This document shows, in pieces, positions 1 to 8,899 of a DNA stretch of 63,889 nucleotides. The first letter of the stretch is position 1; each line of letters opens with the position of its first letter. The position numbers and the translations under genes are program-made. Source of the stretch: a virus; the IMG/VR virus record IMGVR_UViG_3300015245_000007, positions 1-63,889 of that record; one strand, written 5' to 3'. The notes below the pieces were generated by a model that saw only the letters and a list, made by a program, of their open reading frames with translations, had not been told where the DNA came from and ran no database searches.

Positions 1-306
1 TACGCCGGCGCCAGCGCGAAGGACGACGAAGCCAAGATCAAGCTATTGCGCACGACGGTGCTCGGCAAAGACAAGGCGGAAGTCGTCGGCGCGGTCGCGA
101 AAATGAAAATCGTCGGCCTGACGAAAAGCGCGATCGAAAGCGGATACGACAAGGCAGAGCAGCGCGTCGACTGGTACGGCAACCCGAATAGCATTTGGGG
201 TTTCAACGGTGGCCTGACTGAAGTTGCGCGCGACCTTCCGAACGGTGACGAGCGCAACGTGCTCGAGCTCGCCGCCGGCGAGATCATGGAGAAGGTCGCG
301 GCCTGA
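1..306 (+). CDS. DUF932-family protein, C-terminal segment (ORF wraps the circular junction; N-terminal part is 63031..63889)
   Basis: Frame open from base 1 to TGA 304-306; bases 1-22 equal 63868-63889 and keep the frame (..LVRYAGASAK|DDEAKIKLL..). Confidence 0.8.
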   Translation, partial: YAGASAKDDEAKIKLLRTTVLGKDKAEVVGAVAKMKIVGLTKSAIESGYDKAEQRVDWYGNPNSIWGFNGGLTEVARDLPNGDERNVLELAAGEIMEKVAA

Positions 307-316
307 TCATCACCTC

Positions 317-387
317 TTGCGCCGGCGGCATGCGGTCGCCGGCGCAACGGGAGGCGATGGGCCTCGGGACTTTGGGGAGGTTTTGAA
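317..387 (+). promoter_or_regulatory. promoter/5' leader element, divergent copy D of a 4-member family
   Basis: Perfect 11-bp stem TTGCGCCGGCG/CGCCGGCGCAA (317-347), second hairpin GAGGC-GATGG-GCCTC (351-365), SD GGGGAGG, ATG 388; same layout as 58069, 58851, 62631. Confidence 0.5.
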
Positions 388-852
388 ATGGCGATATTCG
401 AATCGACATATGTTGAGCCCACAGTGCCGTGCAAGCACTGCGGCACGCCGACCACGTTCACCAGCACGTGCGAATGCAATCGATGCTGGATGCTGCGGTC
501 CCGCGTCGAAAGCGATGTAACGCTGGCGCGCCGGTTCCTCGACGCGAAAGTGCCTCCGGCGCCCGCGCCCGAACCGCTCGACAGCGCAGAGCTGGCCGCC
601 GTTCTTGCCGGCCTGCGCATGATCCAGCGCCGCGGTGTCGACGTCGAGGTGATGGACATTTTCACCGAGGCCGGCGCGCACGACGGTCTTAACGATGACG
701 AGATCGATGCGCTTTGCATAAAGCTGGACGGCGCGGAATCGACCGTGCCGGCACAAGAGCGCATCGACGAATTGACCGCGCAGCTCGAGGCGCTCGCCGC
801 AGAGCAGGCAGACTTGAACCTCGAGGCCAAAGAGTTCGGAGAAAAGCCGTGA
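388..852 (+). CDS. hypothetical protein with N-terminal Cys-rich (zinc-ribbon-like) segment
   Basis: ATG with GGGGAGG SD upstream; CKHCG...CECNRC; acidic helical C-terminus; 154 aa. Confidence 0.7.
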   Translation: MAIFESTYVEPTVPCKHCGTPTTFTSTCECNRCWMLRSRVESDVTLARRFLDAKVPPAPAPEPLDSAELAAVLAGLRMIQRRGVDVEVMDIFTEAGAHDGLNDDEIDALCIKLDGAESTVPAQERIDELTAQLEALAAEQADLNLEAKEFGEKP

Positions 853-944
853 TCAAAATCGCACTGCAGGAAATCGCCGCCGCGCTCGCGATCGGCGCTT
901 TCATTCTCGCAATCGCGGTCTGGGCTATCGCGCTATACCCATGA
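849..944 (+). CDS. possible small single-TM membrane protein (31 aa)
   Basis: GTG overlapping upstream stop (GTGA); hydrophobic IAAALAIGAFILAIAVWAIALY. Confidence 0.3.
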   Translation: MIKIALQEIAAALAIGAFILAIAVWAIALYP

Positions 945-1020
945 ACGAGAAAACCGCGGCGCTATGAACGCCGCGGCCTTCTCAACTCTCAACGCGCACA
1001 CGACACGACAGGAACCAGCG

Positions 1021-1698
1021 ATGTCTTACGTTGAAGGTGGCGACAAATCAAGGGCGCTTTCGCCCGCGCAACGCGCCTGGATCACGCGCCGCGCTCGAGC
1101 GGCGGCCGATGGCCAGGTCTATGCGCCGGCGCCGCGCGCGTCGTCGAAACGAAACGCCGCGCTCGAGGCGTTCGAGCTCGAGGCCAGCCAGGCAATGCCC
1201 GACTGGCACGCGGTCGCGCTGAAGCTTCGCGCCGCGCTCGAGCCGGCAAGCTCGCCGGCTGGCATCGCGGTAACGCGCCAGACGCCCGAGCTGCTCGCGA
1301 TCGCCGCGCCGCAGCTCGCCGACTATCCGGTGACCTGGCGCCAGGTCGACCTTGGGCCGGTCATCGTCTGCAGCTTTGCCGACGGCGAAATCGTCCGCAT
1401 GTCTTTCGCCACCGCAAAGGGCAAGCCGCTCAACATCGCGCGCGGCGTGCGCGTCGCGATCGCAGCCTATCGCTTTCGAATCGCCCGCCGGCGGTTCGGC
1501 TCGTCGCGCCTGCTGGCTGCAAGCGGCTGGATTGATGTCCCGCCGATCGCGTCTTGCGCCGTCACGCTGGACAACCACGCGCGCCAGGTGAAGTTTGATG
1601 CCGAGCTCGTCACCACGGTTTCGGCTCAATGGCGCTCGGCGATCGCCGACGCCGAGATCCCGCTCGCGATCGAAGACCACACAAAGGAAACGCCATGA
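1021..1698 (+). CDS. hypothetical protein carrying N-terminal SPAQRAWITRRARAAA motif
   Basis: ATG 1021 preceded by CACAC..AGGAACCA box (the same box precedes ATG 63031); ATGA overlap with next gene; upstream alternative start 964. Confidence 0.65.
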   Translation: MSYVEGGDKSRALSPAQRAWITRRARAAADGQVYAPAPRASSKRNAALEAFELEASQAMPDWHAVALKLRAALEPASSPAGIAVTRQTPELLAIAAPQLADYPVTWRQVDLGPVIVCSFADGEIVRMSFATAKGKPLNIARGVRVAIAAYRFRIARRRFGSSRLLAASGWIDVPPIASCAVTLDNHARQVKFDAELVTTVSAQWRSAIADAEIPLAIEDHTKETP

Positions 1699-2102
1699 CC
1701 GCGCAAGCCGAACGATTCCACGCCAGCGAGAACCGCGGCCTGTTCCTGGTGCTGATGACCGCTTGCGGCCAGACCGTGCGCGACGTCGCGCAGCTCACCG
1801 GCAACTTAGAGCGCACCGTCAACCGATGGATCGCCGGCCGGTGGGACGTCCCGGCCGACGTCCTGCAGATGCTCGAGCAGCTCGACTTCACGATCGAGCA
1901 TCACGCGATCGCGATACTTGCCGACATGCGGGCCGGAATCTGTCCGCCGACCATGGCCATCACCCGCGCGCCTGGTCCGGTCCCCAATCTGCGCAAGCTG
2001 CCCGAGCTCCCGAACCCCGCGGCCCTGCTGGCGGTCGCCGCCAGGGTCCGCGCCTTCGGTCCAGACCTGGAAACCCGGGTAACGTTTTTGGCCCTGGACT
2101 AG
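1695..2102 (+). CDS. helix-turn-helix DNA-binding protein
   Basis: ATGA coupling to upstream gene; GQTVRDVAQLTGNLERTVNRWIAG looks like an HTH. Confidence 0.6.
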   Translation: MTAQAERFHASENRGLFLVLMTACGQTVRDVAQLTGNLERTVNRWIAGRWDVPADVLQMLEQLDFTIEHHAIAILADMRAGICPPTMAITRAPGPVPNLRKLPELPNPAALLAVAARVRAFGPDLETRVTFLALD

Positions 2103-2223
2103 GGTTTCTCCGGCTGGCCAATCGCCGCCAGGCGCGCCACCATGCGCCCGGCGGCCTTCCCGGCTACCCTCATACGGCCGGACCCAGGAAAACGCGCCCA
2201 CGGGCTTTAAAACCGGTTTCCAG

Positions 2224-2322
2224 TTTGGGAACTTTACCGGGAACGATTGCCGGGAACGAGGCGGGAACGCCGGGAACGATTTTCCCTAACCATCGATAAT
2301 CGCAAAAGCAAATCGTTCCCGG
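2224..2322. repeat. iteron cluster 1 (CCGGGAACGAT family)
   Basis: Forward copies at 2237-2247 and 2270-2280 (exact), variants at 2250-2260 and 2261-2270, inverted copy ATCGTTCCCGG 2312-2322 abutting the helicase stop; 10-13 bp spacing. Confidence 0.75.
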
Positions 2323-4305
2323 TCAACTTTGGTCCCACGGCAAGAGCTCGTCATCGATCGGCTTAAGCACCGGTGCCGGAGGATAGCCCGCAACCTTTCG
2401 ATCGGTGCGCCAGACCCAAGGGTAATTGACGCCGATCAAACGGAACTCGGCGCCTTGCAGCTTGCCCATGGCGAACTGTATCGCCTTTTTGATGCTGTCC
2501 GCCCGCTTGCCCGGATCATCACCCGCATAGGCGCCAATCTCGCGCATGGCATCGGCCCAATGGTCACGGTGAACCGCCCATAGATCGCGCGGCAGACCGG
2601 ATTCGCGCGGCGCCTGCCCGCCCTTGGTCATCAGCGCCTTTTGCAGGCCAGAGAACGCAAGGCGCAGGCGATCGCTGCGGATCTCAAACCCCGGATCGAT
2701 TCTCTTTTTCGGCTCGCCGACGGCCGGCGCGGTGAACAGCTCGCCGGTCGAGGGCGCCTCGACGGCGCAGGACGTGATGTCCTCCCCGTCCTCATCAGTG
2801 CCGAGGACGACTTGCTTGAGCACGAAATCCCATGACACCCCGTCCGCGCCCTCGCGCTGCTTGTCGAGCCCGGCGGACCGCACCTCGCGCTTGTTCTGAT
2901 CAAAGATCGGCTCGCCGGTGCGCGCGACCTTGATCATCGTTTCAAAGTTGTCACCGAGGCTGGTGTGGCCGCGCATGGTTCCGCCGGCATTGACGTGATG
3001 GACGAGCCACAAGCCGCACTTGAATTCGTGGCGCACGCGGTCGATGCGATCGATGATGATTGCGACGTCTCTGCCGCTGATCTCGTCGGCGCCGGACGTC
3101 GCGCGGTTATAGGTGTCAATGATGACAACCTCGATCGGCAGGCTGAAGTGCGCTGCTATGCCCCGGAGCTCTTCCATCAGCATCGTCACGCCTGCATCGT
3201 CGCGGAATAGATTAAACGGCTTTGTGATGCACACGAACGGGATGCGCTCGCCCTTGGCCATGCCGTGCGCGAGCTCATAGGCCGGCATGCGCACGTCGAC
3301 AAAACCTTCCTGCGCCTCGACCGCGCAGTAGACCACCAGGCCAGACTTTACCTTGCGCCCGAAATACTCGAGGCCCCGGGCGATCGACATCGCCATATCG
3401 AATACCAGGAAGCTCTTGCCCGATTGGCGCGCACCATAGATGAGCACCGTCTGCCGGCGCGGAATGATCCCCTTGATCGTCCATTCGTAGCGCGGTCGCG
3501 GCCGATGCATGTTTTCCCAGAACACCGCCCCGAGCTTGGATTCCCACGGCTGCGCCGGCTTGTCCGGAACCTCATCTAACGCGCCGTCATCAAGCTCGCC
3601 GCGCGCGATCTCGGCCGCCTGGCGCACATCACGCGCCCAATTGCGCGCGATCAGGACCGCGTCTTCGTCGTTATCCGGGACATAGGATTCGGCCACAACG
3701 CGCGCGATGTACTGCGATAGCGTCAGATCAGCGACCTTGGGCCGTCCGGTCTCGCCGCCAAGCGCCGCGATCAAGACCGGCAGTTTTAGCTCATAGCCTT
3801 TGTCCGCGGCGTCCCAGAACACATCGAAAATATCGGCGTGAAGGAAAAAGGAAAAATCGCTGGCGCGCACCTCTTCCAGCACCGCATCGATGAGGCCAGG
3901 TTGGGTCGATCGCGATATCAAAAGGCCGATGAGCTCGCGCTCGCTATCATCAGGCGCCGGCATTTGCGTCCGTTCGCCTGGGGCGGATCCTGGCTCCGCG
4001 GTCTGCGCGATCGTCACCAGGTCGCCGGCATGATCGGCGCTCGAGCCGTTCGATTTTTTCGGCGATCGCAGCATCAGCCAGAAATATCGCGTGTCGTCCG
4101 ATACGCTGGCGACATGCTCGGCGAGCTGCTCGGCGCCGCCTCCGATCTCCTGGATGTAGTCGAACCACCGCGCGAATTCGGTGTCGACCTTGATGACCGC
4201 GTCGGGGCCGAAATAGAGTTTCGTTGCGGTGGACTTTTCGGCGTTCGGTTCGCCCATCAGGCGCCGCGCCAATTCCTCAATAGCCGGTGTTGCCCCTTCG
4301 GGCAT
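2323..4305 (-). CDS. replicative helicase-like protein (DnaB-N-like region + RecA-fold AAA_25/RepA-type NTPase)
   Basis: Walker A YGARQSGKSF, LVVYCAVE, GLWLVHHVN; DnaB-N-like ERELIGLLIS..FLHADIFDVFW; ATG 4305 with GAGGGG SD (GTG 4332 alternative). Confidence 0.7.
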   Translation of the reverse strand: MPEGATPAIEELARRLMGEPNAEKSTATKLYFGPDAVIKVDTEFARWFDYIQEIGGGAEQLAEHVASVSDDTRYFWLMLRSPKKSNGSSADHAGDLVTIAQTAEPGSAPGERTQMPAPDDSERELIGLLISRSTQPGLIDAVLEEVRASDFSFFLHADIFDVFWDAADKGYELKLPVLIAALGGETGRPKVADLTLSQYIARVVAESYVPDNDEDAVLIARNWARDVRQAAEIARGELDDGALDEVPDKPAQPWESKLGAVFWENMHRPRPRYEWTIKGIIPRRQTVLIYGARQSGKSFLVFDMAMSIARGLEYFGRKVKSGLVVYCAVEAQEGFVDVRMPAYELAHGMAKGERIPFVCITKPFNLFRDDAGVTMLMEELRGIAAHFSLPIEVVIIDTYNRATSGADEISGRDVAIIIDRIDRVRHEFKCGLWLVHHVNAGGTMRGHTSLGDNFETMIKVARTGEPIFDQNKREVRSAGLDKQREGADGVSWDFVLKQVVLGTDEDGEDITSCAVEAPSTGELFTAPAVGEPKKRIDPGFEIRSDRLRLAFSGLQKALMTKGGQAPRESGLPRDLWAVHRDHWADAMREIGAYAGDDPGKRADSIKKAIQFAMGKLQGAEFRLIGVNYPWVWRTDRKVAGYPPAPVLKPIDDELLPWDQS

Positions 4306-4359
4306 TTTTCTTATCCCCTCGACGTGCCCCACGCACGCGCCGCAGCTTCGCGCGACTCG

Positions 4360-5058
4360 CTATCGCTGCGCAACGCGAACGCTTCGTGAACCTTGTTTTT
4401 TCGGTAGCTGGTTAAAGGCGATGACTCCATGCGTGCGATGAAGCCAGAACGGTACCGGCGGGCCTATGTGGCCGCGCTCGAAAACGAGATAGACGAAATC
4501 GTTTGTGCCGCCTGTCGTCTTGCCGCCGTTGGTGATGACGTGCCCGGGCGGCATCGATGGCCGCGGCGTGAGATAGTAGATTCGCGCGAGCGGAAGAAAG
4601 GGCAGCCAGTTGTGCGCGGCGTTGAAACGCCTGGCTGGCATCACGACGCAGCACTTGCGCTTCGTGAGCTGCACCGCATGCGCAACGAACTTTGCCAGAA
4701 TATGAAACGGCGGATTGAAAACCATGTTGGCCGCCGGCGTCGTGACCTTCATAAAATCGCGCTTGCCGCCGAACTTGCGAAAACCTCGATCGACGATATC
4801 GGTCCCGATCGCCGAGAGACCCGCGGCGATCGCCGCCTCGACGACGCGGCCGAAGCCGCAACACGGATCATAGATCGGACCCTCGAATGTCTCGGCCTTG
4901 AAGAAAGCGACGTTGACCCAGGTCGGTTCTACGTAGTGGCCATCTTGCTCAGGCTCCCAGGATTGCGCCTTGAGCGGGTTTGCTTTCTTGCCTCGATGCA
5001 AATGCCGCTGCGAGTGGCGTGTTGGTTTTCGTAGCAGTCGGCCGGCCCGCACAGTCAT
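4360..5058 (-). CDS. N6-adenine DNA methyltransferase (small, phage type)
   Basis: Motif I DPCCGFGR and motif IV NPPF; ATGA overlap with upstream RuvC-like gene. Confidence 0.7.
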   Translation of the reverse strand: MTVRAGRLLRKPTRHSQRHLHRGKKANPLKAQSWEPEQDGHYVEPTWVNVAFFKAETFEGPIYDPCCGFGRVVEAAIAAGLSAIGTDIVDRGFRKFGGKRDFMKVTTPAANMVFNPPFHILAKFVAHAVQLTKRKCCVVMPARRFNAAHNWLPFLPLARIYYLTPRPSMPPGHVITNGGKTTGGTNDFVYLVFERGHIGPPVPFWLHRTHGVIAFNQLPKKQGSRSVRVAQR

Positions 5059-5567
5059 CGTCGCGCCGCCATGCCGAGCAGGCCCATATTGAAGCGGCTC
5101 ATCATGTCGGGGACTTTCGCAACCAGCGAATAAGCCCAGATGCCGAAGGCGTCGGCCTCATGCTCATTCGTTGCCGCAACGCCAAACATGCGCGCGCAGG
5201 CAATGCGTTGTGCCGGCTCTGCGTTGCCGCGTCCGGTAAAATACTTTCGCGCCGTCTGCACGCTCACCTCGGTGCATGCGATCGCGCGCCTCGAGCATGC
5301 TTGCTCCGTCACATTGCACAGCCCGATCAGCTTGCGCGACGTCGCGAGGTTGGATTTATTGGAGAGGAACGGCGCTTCGAACGCGACCAGCGCCGGCTTG
5401 CCGTAGTCCAGCATCATCTCGAACCAATCGGCATAGGCATTGAGATAGCGCCCGACGTCACGTCCGGTTTCGGGAAGCGTGAATGTTCCCGTCAGCGGCG
5501 TTTCATCGGGCGCGCCGAGGCACCAGCCCGCGAATTTTGCGAGATCCAGGCCAATGGCTTTTCGCAT
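5055..5567 (-). CDS. ruvC: RuvC-like Holliday junction resolvase
   Basis: N-terminal IGLDLAKFAGW and C-terminal EHEADAFGIWAY acidic motifs typical of the RuvC fold; 170 aa. Confidence 0.65.
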   Translation of the reverse strand: MRKAIGLDLAKFAGWCLGAPDETPLTGTFTLPETGRDVGRYLNAYADWFEMMLDYGKPALVAFEAPFLSNKSNLATSRKLIGLCNVTEQACSRRAIACTEVSVQTARKYFTGRGNAEPAQRIACARMFGVAATNEHEADAFGIWAYSLVAKVPDMMSRFNMGLLGMAARR

Positions 5568-6124
5568 CAGTGCGGGAGCTTCGAACCAGGCGGCTTGGGC
5601 TCATCGCCCCGCATGCGCACCACCGAACCGCCGCGTATGCTGTCGTCAATCGTCTTGTTCTGCTCGGCAAGCTTCTTTGCCCATTCCTCCCGCGGCATGC
5701 CGGGCGGGGGCTGCTGCTCGGGGGACTCGACCGCACCCGTCGCGGTCTGGTCTGCGCCGCCTTCGCCGCCTTCGTCGTTATCACCCCCGCGCTCGCCGGC
5801 CTTGCGCTCGCTCTGTTCGGCCCTTGCATCGGCGAACATGTCTTGCGGACAGAGATCGTCTAGCCCGACCTTTATGCGCGCGTCGTCAAACGACTCGAGC
5901 CAGGCATAGAGCGCGGCGCCGTCCATCTTGCGCAGCTTCTGCATGATCTTGGCAACGCCGCGGTGGATGTTCTGGGTTTCTTCGGCCGTCTTGACCAGCT
6001 CGCCGAGCGATCCGGTTGCTGATTGAGCCTTCGCTTTGAAGGCGTCCATCTTGTCGAGATGTTTCGACCAAGTGTCTGCACTCGGCAGCTTCGTTGGTGT
6101 TTTCGGGCTCGCGCGTTCTGCCAT
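5567..6124 (-). CDS. hypothetical protein (acidic, low-complexity centre)
   Basis: ATG 6124 with AGGAG SD 9 nt upstream; TGATG overlap with ruvC-like start. Confidence 0.6.
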   Translation of the reverse strand: MAERASPKTPTKLPSADTWSKHLDKMDAFKAKAQSATGSLGELVKTAEETQNIHRGVAKIMQKLRKMDGAALYAWLESFDDARIKVGLDDLCPQDMFADARAEQSERKAGERGGDNDEGGEGGADQTATGAVESPEQQPPPGMPREEWAKKLAEQNKTIDDSIRGGSVVRMRGDEPKPPGSKLPH

Positions 6125-6373
6125 GGCCTGGCGCTCCTGTTCGAGGTGACGCGGGTACGCGGTGTAAGACGCCGGCCGGGTGACAAACTTGGAAGAAAGC
6201 ACCCGGCCGGACGCTGCGCATGGCCGGTGGGGACCATGCGCCGCAACCGTTCGCGGGGACTATGCGAGGGCTGCGGAGAGCCAGCGTGACGCCGAATCGC
6301 TTCGGGCGCCAGCATCAGGCAAAAGGAATGTTGAAACGTCCCCATTTTGAACGCCGCCCCACGCGGCGCGGTA

Positions 6374-6640
6374 TCAGGCAGATTTCTTCAGCTTTGCCGG
6401 CCGCTGCACACCGAGCGGCCAATTCTCGCCGGCCGGCCAGTTATCGCCGAACCAGCGCAAGGCTTCGTCGTACTTTTCGACATTGAAGCCGCCTGTCTTG
6501 ATGCGATCGAAGAACTTCCAATCGCCCGTGGCTTTCTCGCCGATCGTCGCCGTGCTCTTGCCCGTGGCGGAGCAATAAGCACTCGAGAGCGCGACAAGAT
6601 GGCTGCGGAGAATTTCGGTCTGTGACGTCGGTTTACCCAT
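6374..6640 (-). CDS. hypothetical small protein, first gene of leftward early operon
   Basis: ATG 6640, 88 aa, non-repetitive composition; divergent from XRE gene. Confidence 0.55.
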   Translation of the reverse strand: MGKPTSQTEILRSHLVALSSAYCSATGKSTATIGEKATGDWKFFDRIKTGGFNVEKYDEALRWFGDNWPAGENWPLGVQRPAKLKKSA

Positions 6641-6686
6641 GGGGCGGGACGTTAGCCGATTTAATTCGGTGCGGTCAAGATTAGGG

Positions 6687-6715
6687 TTGCCCTACCGAAA
6701 ATTCTCGGCATAATG
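6687..6715 (+). promoter_or_regulatory. sigma70-like promoter of rightward early operon
   Basis: TTGCCC (6687-6692), 16-17 bp spacer, CATAAT/ATAATG (6709-6715); followed by hairpin GGTTGC-gtggg-GCAACC (6722-6738) and SD GAGAGGGA. Confidence 0.5.
6695..6708. promoter_or_regulatory. candidate operator, imperfect palindrome CCGAAAATTCTCGG inside the promoter spacer
   Basis: CCGA-N6-TCGG, 12/14 self-complementary; same half-sites recur at 56339, 56541, 58859, 62639. Confidence 0.5.
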
Positions 6716-6754
6716 CGCCCTGGTTGCGTGGGGCAACCTGAGAGGGACATTCAC

Positions 6755-7165
6755 ATGCAACGCGAAAAGGCGCGCGGCGCCACCATTGATCGGGCCTATT
6801 TGGTCCAGATCGGAAACCGGCTCAGAGCATCGCGCATGCAGAGAGGCATTTCCCAAAGTGCGCTCGGCAAGCTACTCGACGTCACCTTTCAGCAAGTGCA
6901 AAAATACGAGAAGGGCACCAATCAAATGCCGATCTCGTCAATCCGCCAAGCAGCGAGCGGTCTTGATACCACCGTTTCCTATCTGCTCGGCCTCGATGCC
7001 GAGCAGGCCGCGGCGAGCAAGCGTCAACTCGCAATCGAGCGTATCGATAGCGTTCCGCACGGCCAGGCTGCCCTCGATACACTTTGGAAGTTGACCATAG
7101 TGCCCGATCACGGCCGCGAGTTCGCGCGTCTTTGCCGGATCATCGCGGCTTTCATCCAAGAGTAA
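6755..7165 (+). CDS. XRE-family HTH transcriptional regulator (repressor candidate)
   Basis: ISQSALGKLLDVTFQQVQKYEKGTNQMPISS is a classic HTH_3 pattern; ATG 6755 behind SD GAGAGGGA. Confidence 0.75.
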   Translation: MQREKARGATIDRAYLVQIGNRLRASRMQRGISQSALGKLLDVTFQQVQKYEKGTNQMPISSIRQAASGLDTTVSYLLGLDAEQAAASKRQLAIERIDSVPHGQAALDTLWKLTIVPDHGREFARLCRIIAAFIQE

Positions 7166-7194
7166 TCCACCCGAACATTAAGGGAGACCGATAT

Positions 7195-7548
7195 ATGACT
7201 AACGCGAATGGAAACGACGCGCCGCTCGGCGCGCGCACCGGCCAACAGCAGGAAGAGCAGAAGCGCAACGAACTGACCAATGTCGACGCGATCACCAATC
7301 ATGCCAGCGGCGTATTGGAAAACGTCGCGGTGGCGACCGTCCAGCAGATCGATTCACTTATCGGCAGGCTGCAGGCGATGCGCCTCGAGCTGCTCACCGA
7401 TGTCGCCCGGGTTCGCGCCACCATCCGGGGCCACTTGACGCTCGCCGATCAATTCGGCGCGTCGGTGAATATCATCGGCGAGAGCATCGATAAGCTGCGC
7501 GCCGACAATGCGCGCCTGGTCGACAACGCCAAACATGAGGAAGCATAA
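7195..7548 (+). CDS. hypothetical protein (helical)
   Basis: ATG 7195 with AGGGAG SD at 7181-7186. Confidence 0.6.
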   Translation: MTNANGNDAPLGARTGQQQEEQKRNELTNVDAITNHASGVLENVAVATVQQIDSLIGRLQAMRLELLTDVARVRATIRGHLTLADQFGASVNIIGESIDKLRADNARLVDNAKHEEA

Positions 7549-7551
7549 GCC

Positions 7552-8898
7552 ATGATGGGCGATTTTGACGACGTCCCGCAGCAGGCCGCGCCGCCGCCTG
7601 CAGGATCATCGCGCGGTGGCGAGGTGTTGCCGCCACTGCCGGAAAACCTGCCCGCCGTCATCACAACCGACGTCGTGTTGGCCGAACGGCCGGTCATCAC
7701 CGCGCAGCTCGTCTATCAACCCGGCGGACCGGAGGCGATCATTGCCCGCCTCGAGGCCGAGGTGCGCGCCTTCAAGGGCGACATTTCAACGGAGAAGGGG
7801 CGCGGAGAAATCAAGTCGCTCGCGCACAAGGTCTCGCGCACCAAATCGCTGCTCGACGAAATGGGCAAAGAGCTGACGGAGGGATGGAAGAAAGCCGCGA
7901 AGGTGGTCGACGTCGACCGCAAGAAAATCCGCGATCGCCTCGATGCGCTGCGCGATGAAGCGCGCAAGCCGGTCGACGATTGGGAAGAGTACGAGGAAAA
8001 ACGGATTCAGGGTCACCGCGATGCGCTCACGGTCCTCGAGGATCTCGGAGTCTTCACGTTCGGCGACGATGCCGAGCCGACAGCCAAGATGGTTCACGAT
8101 CGCATCGCAGTGATTGAGGAATTGCCGGCGCGCGACTGGCAAGAGTTTTCAACTCAGGTCGCCGATCGCAGGGCCGCTCTGCTCTTGAACCTTGGCGGCA
8201 TGCTCAAGCGCGCCCAGAAACGCGAGTCAGACGCTGCGGAGCTCGCGGAGCTGCGCCGCCAACAGGCGCAGCGTGCGGCCGATGAAGAGGCAGCGCGCGC
8301 CGCAGCCGAAGCCGCGCGGATCGCGGAAGAGCAGCGCCTGGCCGCCGAACAGGAAGCGGAGCGCGTGCGCCTCGCCGAAGAGCAGCGCCAGCGCGAAGAA
8401 GCCGAGCGCATTCGCGTTGCGGCCGAAGAGGCGCGGATCGCTGCAGAGCAAGCCGCCGCCGCGGAGGCCGAGCGCGTGCGGCTCGCCAATGAGACCGCCG
8501 CCCGCGAAGCGGCGGAACGCGCCGAGGCCGCGCAGGCCGAACGCGATCGCGTGGTCGAGGCGGAACGTCAGCGCCTCGAGCGCGAGCGCGTCGCGGCCGT
8601 CGAAGCGCAGCAAGCCGCGATCGCGAAAGCCGAAGAGAATCGCATCGCCGGCGAGAAGGCCGCGGCGGCGGCGGCGCAAAAAGCGATCGACGACGAACGC
8701 GCGCGCGTTGCCGCTGACCAAGTGCGCGAGAACCAGGCTGCGCTCGATCGCGAGAAGAACAAGCAGCACAACGCGAAAATCAACGGCGAGGTTCTCGCCG
8801 CGCTCCAGCAGCACGCGGGCCTGACGAAAGACGGCGCGAAGGCCGTCGTCGTCGCGATCGCGCAAGGCAAGATCGCTCACACCAAAATCAGTTATTGA
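7552..8898 (+). CDS. coiled-coil protein (DUF1351-like N-terminal half, TolA-like E/A/R-rich repeats)
   Basis: 448 aa; sits directly upstream of exonuclease/RecT as DUF1351 proteins do; EAERVRLAEEQRQREEAERIR.. repeats. Confidence 0.5.
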   Translation: MMGDFDDVPQQAAPPPAGSSRGGEVLPPLPENLPAVITTDVVLAERPVITAQLVYQPGGPEAIIARLEAEVRAFKGDISTEKGRGEIKSLAHKVSRTKSLLDEMGKELTEGWKKAAKVVDVDRKKIRDRLDALRDEARKPVDDWEEYEEKRIQGHRDALTVLEDLGVFTFGDDAEPTAKMVHDRIAVIEELPARDWQEFSTQVADRRAALLLNLGGMLKRAQKRESDAAELAELRRQQAQRAADEEAARAAAEAARIAEEQRLAAEQEAERVRLAEEQRQREEAERIRVAAEEARIAAEQAAAAEAERVRLANETAAREAAERAEAAQAERDRVVEAERQRLERERVAAVEAQQAAIAKAEENRIAGEKAAAAAAQKAIDDERARVAADQVRENQAALDREKNKQHNAKINGEVLAALQQHAGLTKDGAKAVVVAIAQGKIAHTKISY

Positions 8899-8899
8899 A

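Noticed and set aside
2237-2322. Short repeats considered as a CRISPR-like array
   Set aside because: The repeat unit is only 11 nt with gaps of 0-3 nt. Copies occur in both orientations and there are no cas genes. This is iteron-type architecture, not CRISPR.
8230-8700. Periodic GCCGAAGAGCAGCGC-like nucleotide repetition considered as a tandem DNA repeat
   Set aside because: It is the coding reflection of an E/A/R/Q-rich coiled-coil segment (EAERVRLAEEQRQREEAERIR...) within one intact ORF, and the units are degenerate rather than exact.
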